A stretch of 64,000 nt of DNA from positions 13,020,001 to 13,084,000 of the forward strand of contig CM060731.1 in the NCBI GenBank assembly GCA_030704615.1, in the 5' to 3' direction. Source of the DNA: Takakia lepidozioides. Its lineage: Eukaryota > Plantae > Bryophyta. Below the pieces are notes generated by a model. The model searched no databases. It saw only the letters and a list, made by a program, of their open reading frames with translations, and was not told where the DNA came from. The translations under genes and the position numbers were made by a program. Position 1 is the first letter of the stretch. Every line of letters begins with the position of its first letter. Shown in pieces: positions 59,819 through 64,000 of the stretch.

Positions 59819-62800
59819 TTACAAGTTTGCAAAGCATTCTTTCCTGTGCCCTTTCTTGGGTTGTGAAATCTGCCCACGCACTGACAAATTAGCTCTCCTA
59901 CGGATCTGGTCATGACACACATCACTAAAAGCTTGCTGGATGAGACCATGGTGCACTGGTGCATTCAAGTGAAGAAAACACTGCAACAAGTCTTCAAGGT
60001 CCTCCCTTGAGCACAAGTTCTTCTCCTTCATCATCTCAAGCATAGAGTCACAAAATTCCGAATATGGGTCCGTAGTATTTTTTGCCAGAGCGATGCTCTC
60101 TTGGACTGCCCCGGAAATTCCTTCAGGATAATGCTGCTCAGAAGAGTCATTGTGCATACAGGCAGACTTAGCACTATCTTTTTTCATTGCGTCGTCGAGA
60201 CGATCCAGACAATAGATCTTCGCTATTGGCTTGGCTCTTCTTCGTGCAGGATCCGTTGTAGCCACATGTTTCTTCGGTGCCGTAGCCGGGCTCGAGGCAT
60301 TTATGAATCCAGCTCTTGTGACACGATTTCCCCCTTCCTCGGTTTCTGAGGGGGGTGGTTTTGGGAGAACGACAGGGTCCTTCGGTGAAACTGGTGTTAC
60401 ACAGTCATCACAATCTCTCAGGTCACTACTATCACATGAAGGAAACTCAACATTCGTGGGGTTAGGCGGGCAGCCTACCGGTCCGTGAGAGTTCGGAGCA
60501 GCTCGTTCATGACTGTTTAGTGAAGGCAATTGGCAGCAAGTCTCCTGTGTGTCCAGCTTCTTCTGTAATGAACCAAGGCCCATGAAAGACCCAGCTGTAG
60601 CTCCAAAGCTATCATCAACATATAACCACCTATTTTTTTCAGGCCTGCTCGTAAAATAACCGTTCTCTCCTAACACTGCTTCTCGAAGTGAATCTGTTTT
60701 CAATTCTTGTAAGTGTTGCAGCGTCAATTCGGTCACGATCCCCTCCAGAAGGCTCTCATTCTCATGAACCCGTAGACAGGGGAAATTCGAGGCTTGCTCT
60801 CTGAGCTGCTTGTTCCTGTTCAGGAAATCTAGCAAAGCGTGTAAGTCTTCTTGCGCTGCTCCCTGGAAAATACTTTCGTCGCCCTCTTTGAGAATGTCAG
60901 GTCCAGAGCCGACCCTTGTGCTGGCTGCAGTGCCATAATTCCAATACGACAGGATACTGGTTGCATTCTCATGTGAGTTCTTGAAACTCTCACGGGTAGC
61001 TGGTGGAGCAGCATCGAAATTCTTCAGCTCTTTCTCCTGACTGTACACTTTGGGTTCATTTAGTCCACAATGTATTTTAGGACCAACACTGTCTGGTAAA
61101 CGAGGGGCCGCTTCCAGTGTATTCCAATCTGGCAAGGCCCACTTTCTCTCTCCATTTTTTTGTGATACCTTTCTGTCTCCAGGCCGCAATCTGTGCGTAC
61201 CATTGAAGGCAACATCTAGACGTCCTCCAGAGCGTCCTTGACAAGCAGTTGCCGGCCCCTTTGCACCGGTCTCTAACTTGTGCAGAGGGCCCATTGCTCG
61301 GCTTGGAGATCGGAAGTCGTCCACTTTCTGGGCGCACATATCGCCTGCTCGTTCTATAGTGTGGGACCTTCTTTCTCGAACTTCCTCCTCCCTCTCATCC
61401 CCACCATGATCAAGTACTCCGCAGGGAGGTTTTAAATCCTCGCCCAGGCTGCTGCTCGTCAACTGTGCAGGGTCCATTTTCCAGCTTTCATCCTTGGCCA
61501 CAAAATGCCATTTACCAAGTCTTCTCTCCCGGTGAGTATCCACCTTACGCACTACAGTCTCCTTTACAGCGGCAATTTCCACCGACCTGTTCTGAGACTT
61601 CCTTTGTGAGAAGGTCACTACATGATTTAAGGAAGTTGTGTGTTCTGTGTCGGTCATCTTTCCAAGAGGAAAGGCACACTGACTCTTCCCTAGGTTCCAA
61701 TCTTTTGAATATTTATCTGACCCTGGGGAGTTCATGATCAAGTCCTCCCCCCAATGTCGACTGAAGCTACTGCATGCCAGTGAGCTTCTGTTTGAATCAA
61801 GGCATAGATCCGAAGACTCGGTCCTCTTGGGAGATCCGCTATCACAGGTTGCAGCTTGATGACCTACTGTGATACTAATTGATGCACTAGGAACAATACT
61901 TTGTCCTTTTCTGATCTCAAAAGATGATACTGCAGAGCTGTCCGAATCCGAAACTGTAAAGCTGGTATTTAAATCTGTCATTGAATTATGTATGTTTGCA
62001 GGACTGAACTTGACCGCTGGTGTGGGGATCGCGCTCCAGCCTAGCCTGCTTTCTTTGGGGCCCCATTTAGAATGCAGAGCAGAGTGCATCAATCGGTGGA
62101 GTTTACAGGACTTTTTGGGGCCGGACTTGTTCCTTCTCCAGTGCGATTCTGAGGTATGGTTTGGCGGACCTGGGGTATGTTTCTTTTTGTCCAGTGCCAC
62201 ATGACCTGGCCCTTTGGCTGCTCTACGCTGATTTGGCTCTTTCGAGGCTGCAGTGAACGCCATGTAGAGACTCTCCGAGGCAGTGTTGCAAGTAGTACTT
62301 GGGAAGGCGGTACTAGCTAATGATTGGCGCCCTGCATTGGAGCTGTATGGCACCCTACTGGAGTCAAGTGATTCAAAACTGCATGGGAGGGGTTTGTTGC
62401 AGGCACTGACTGCTCTTCCGTTTCTGTCATCTGAAGTATTCACAAACGGAGAAGATAATGGATTAACTTCTTTGAACATCAAGTTGTCCTGCAAGTTGTG
62501 GTAAGTCGAATACAGATGGTCACCAACTCTTGACCTGCATGATGTGCTGGAGATTGTGTTTCTCAGGGCTTCCTTGCAGCTCATTTTCCCCTGAGTACTA
62601 GTGCCGGTCTTATCTGCATCAACCTCGCAGCTGAAGGACTCTCGGGCTAGCTTTCTCAGAATCAGTGTATTGTCAGATTCGATGTTGCAGTGGAGCTCCT
62701 CCATAGCTTCATTTCGCCTTCTGTACACTGCTGATCCACATGAACCCTGATCTTGTGAGTGCACTGCAGGGGCTCGCGTGCACCCAACGGCGGCGGTGCC

Positions 62801-62860
62801 AGTCTTCATGCTGCATGGTCTGATTACTGTAAACTTCCAGGATGATGATCGCTTCCTCAT
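59819..62860 (-). CDS. OFP: OVATE family protein, 1013 aa, intronless
   Basis: Uninterrupted 3-kb ORF with a C-terminal OVATE domain: ESIALAKNTTDPYSEFCDSMLEMM...DLEDLLQCFLHLNAPVHHGLIQQAFSDV. Confidence 0.88.
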   Translation of the reverse strand: MRKRSSSWKFTVIRPCSMKTGTAAVGCTRAPAVHSQDQGSCGSAVYRRRNEAMEELHCNIESDNTLILRKLARESFSCEVDADKTGTSTQGKMSCKEALRNTISSTSCRSRVGDHLYSTYHNLQDNLMFKEVNPLSSPFVNTSDDRNGRAVSACNKPLPCSFESLDSSRVPYSSNAGRQSLASTAFPSTTCNTASESLYMAFTAASKEPNQRRAAKGPGHVALDKKKHTPGPPNHTSESHWRRNKSGPKKSCKLHRLMHSALHSKWGPKESRLGWSAIPTPAVKFSPANIHNSMTDLNTSFTVSDSDSSAVSSFEIRKGQSIVPSASISITVGHQAATCDSGSPKRTESSDLCLDSNRSSLACSSFSRHWGEDLIMNSPGSDKYSKDWNLGKSQCAFPLGKMTDTEHTTSLNHVVTFSQRKSQNRSVEIAAVKETVVRKVDTHRERRLGKWHFVAKDESWKMDPAQLTSSSLGEDLKPPCGVLDHGGDEREEEVRERRSHTIERAGDMCAQKVDDFRSPSRAMGPLHKLETGAKGPATACQGRSGGRLDVAFNGTHRLRPGDRKVSQKNGERKWALPDWNTLEAAPRLPDSVGPKIHCGLNEPKVYSQEKELKNFDAAPPATRESFKNSHENATSILSYWNYGTAASTRVGSGPDILKEGDESIFQGAAQEDLHALLDFLNRNKQLREQASNFPCLRVHENESLLEGIVTELTLQHLQELKTDSLREAVLGENGYFTSRPEKNRWLYVDDSFGATAGSFMGLGSLQKKLDTQETCCQLPSLNSHERAAPNSHGPVGCPPNPTNVEFPSCDSSDLRDCDDCVTPVSPKDPVVLPKPPPSETEEGGNRVTRAGFINASSPATAPKKHVATTDPARRRAKPIAKIYCLDRLDDAMKKDSAKSACMHNDSSEQHYPEGISGAVQESIALAKNTTDPYSEFCDSMLEMMKEKNLCSREDLEDLLQCFLHLNAPVHHGLIQQAFSDVCHDQIRRRANLSVRGQISQPKKGHRKECFANL

Positions 62861-63037
62861 CTCGGTAGGCTTTCCCAGAAGTGGTCTGCTAGACTGAATC
62901 CTACTCGAGATCCTACAGCTGGGAAGTACAACTTAGTCTGCAAGAAGCTGCATAGCCATGGGCCTGAGTGTTGCTTAGCGTAATCGGGAGAAATCCATTT
63001 CTACATTGGAAACGTTATCTAGACACAAAACACCACA

Positions 63038-63043
<6 letters not shown>

Positions 63044-63091
<48 letters not shown>
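63044..63091. repeat. (TC)n/(GA)n microsatellite upstream of the OFP start
   Basis: About 24 perfect dinucleotide units, ~180 bp upstream of the OFP ATG. Confidence 0.9.
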
Positions 63092-63093
<2 letters not shown>

Positions 63094-64000
63094 GCTCGAG
63101 CTTCCTCTGTCGTTGTCCAGCACTGTTCTACGAGTCTAACATATTCCGAGATCAGTTCTTCCAAGTCTGATCTCTTGAGATCAGCACTTGAGTTTAGTCA
63201 TGGGTACGATTCTACAGCTCGAAGATGATGAACAACACGGAAACCCGGCGAGGGACACGGAAGACTAGTGACACGGAGCACGAGACTAGAGCCGCAGCAT
63301 CGGCTGCGATTGTGGTTGAACCCGTGAGACCCTCCCAGGCCTGCTCCTACCCGTTCACTCGTCCTGCACTCCTCCCATTAAAGCTGCTGGTGTGTACTGT
63401 GATGGATGATGCAAAGTAGATGCGGGGCCTTTCTGTTCCTGCTTCTAGTGCCTCTATCGCTCATATTGTCCTGCTGGTAGTTAGTTAGTATCCATGATGG
63501 AAGCATGCTTTCTTCACCAACCCACAAGATCTCCCTCCACCTAAGGACCTGTGACCTTGTACAAAACTATCCTCTGGATGAGACTTGTACATCTGAGAGG
63601 TCCAACATACCTGCATTTGAAGCGATTCATGGAAATGGACGATAATCTGCAGGACGATGGGCGTCCTGAGACAAGTCCAGAAAAGCACATCCCACCTAAA
63701 ACTCATCATGCTTTTGGTCGTTGTAAAACCAAACTGAGCTACTGACTGTTGGTGCTTTTTCACAAGGCCTTCAAGAAATGATTGTGCCTTTGGGAATGTT
63801 CATTAGGCACTAAGACATCCTATTCCTTTTTTAATACGTGTAATGAGAATGGTCCAATAAAAAAGATCGAAAATTTTTATTCTCCCACTGCTTCCCTCCA
63901 AGGAAAAGAAACAAAAATGAAAACAAATACGTTTAATTGCAAAGATTCCCACATGGCAAAATCACGTTTTTATCCACATGCTTTACTCCACTTTTTTTTC

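Noticed and set aside
1-64000. CRISPR array or prokaryotic operon/defence system
   Set aside because: The sequence is intron-rich plant nuclear DNA; its repeats are coding or TE-derived and lack a repeat-spacer structure.

Overview
Gene-dense nuclear DNA from a land plant, with spliceosomal introns and plant-specific families (CYP703, BADC, OVATE, LIG6). A non-seed lineage is my guess, not something the sequence proves. The first 4.2 kb are a transposon/repeat patch: a 3'-replaced U2 snRNA copy, a hAT MITE with a perfect 8-bp TSD, and a piggyBac-like TIR element nested in an AT-rich repeat. Genes then follow in order: CYP703-family P450 (+); a head-to-head pair of SSU-processome genes UTP23 (-) and WDR75/UTP17 (+) sharing a telo-box promoter; a candidate 58-aa microprotein (-); a large gene I do not recognise (-) encoding WD40 + long coiled coil + a 55-aa tandem repeat rich in RRxS motifs; DNA ligase 6 (+) with gypsy and RTE-type remnants in its introns; CPSF73-I (-) head-to-head with BADC (+); and a 1013-aa single-exon OVATE protein (-). 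The best candidates for undescribed biology are the WD40/coiled-coil/RRxS protein, the piggyBac-like element, the U2 chimera and the microprotein. All exon models were read by eye and need RNA-seq confirmation.
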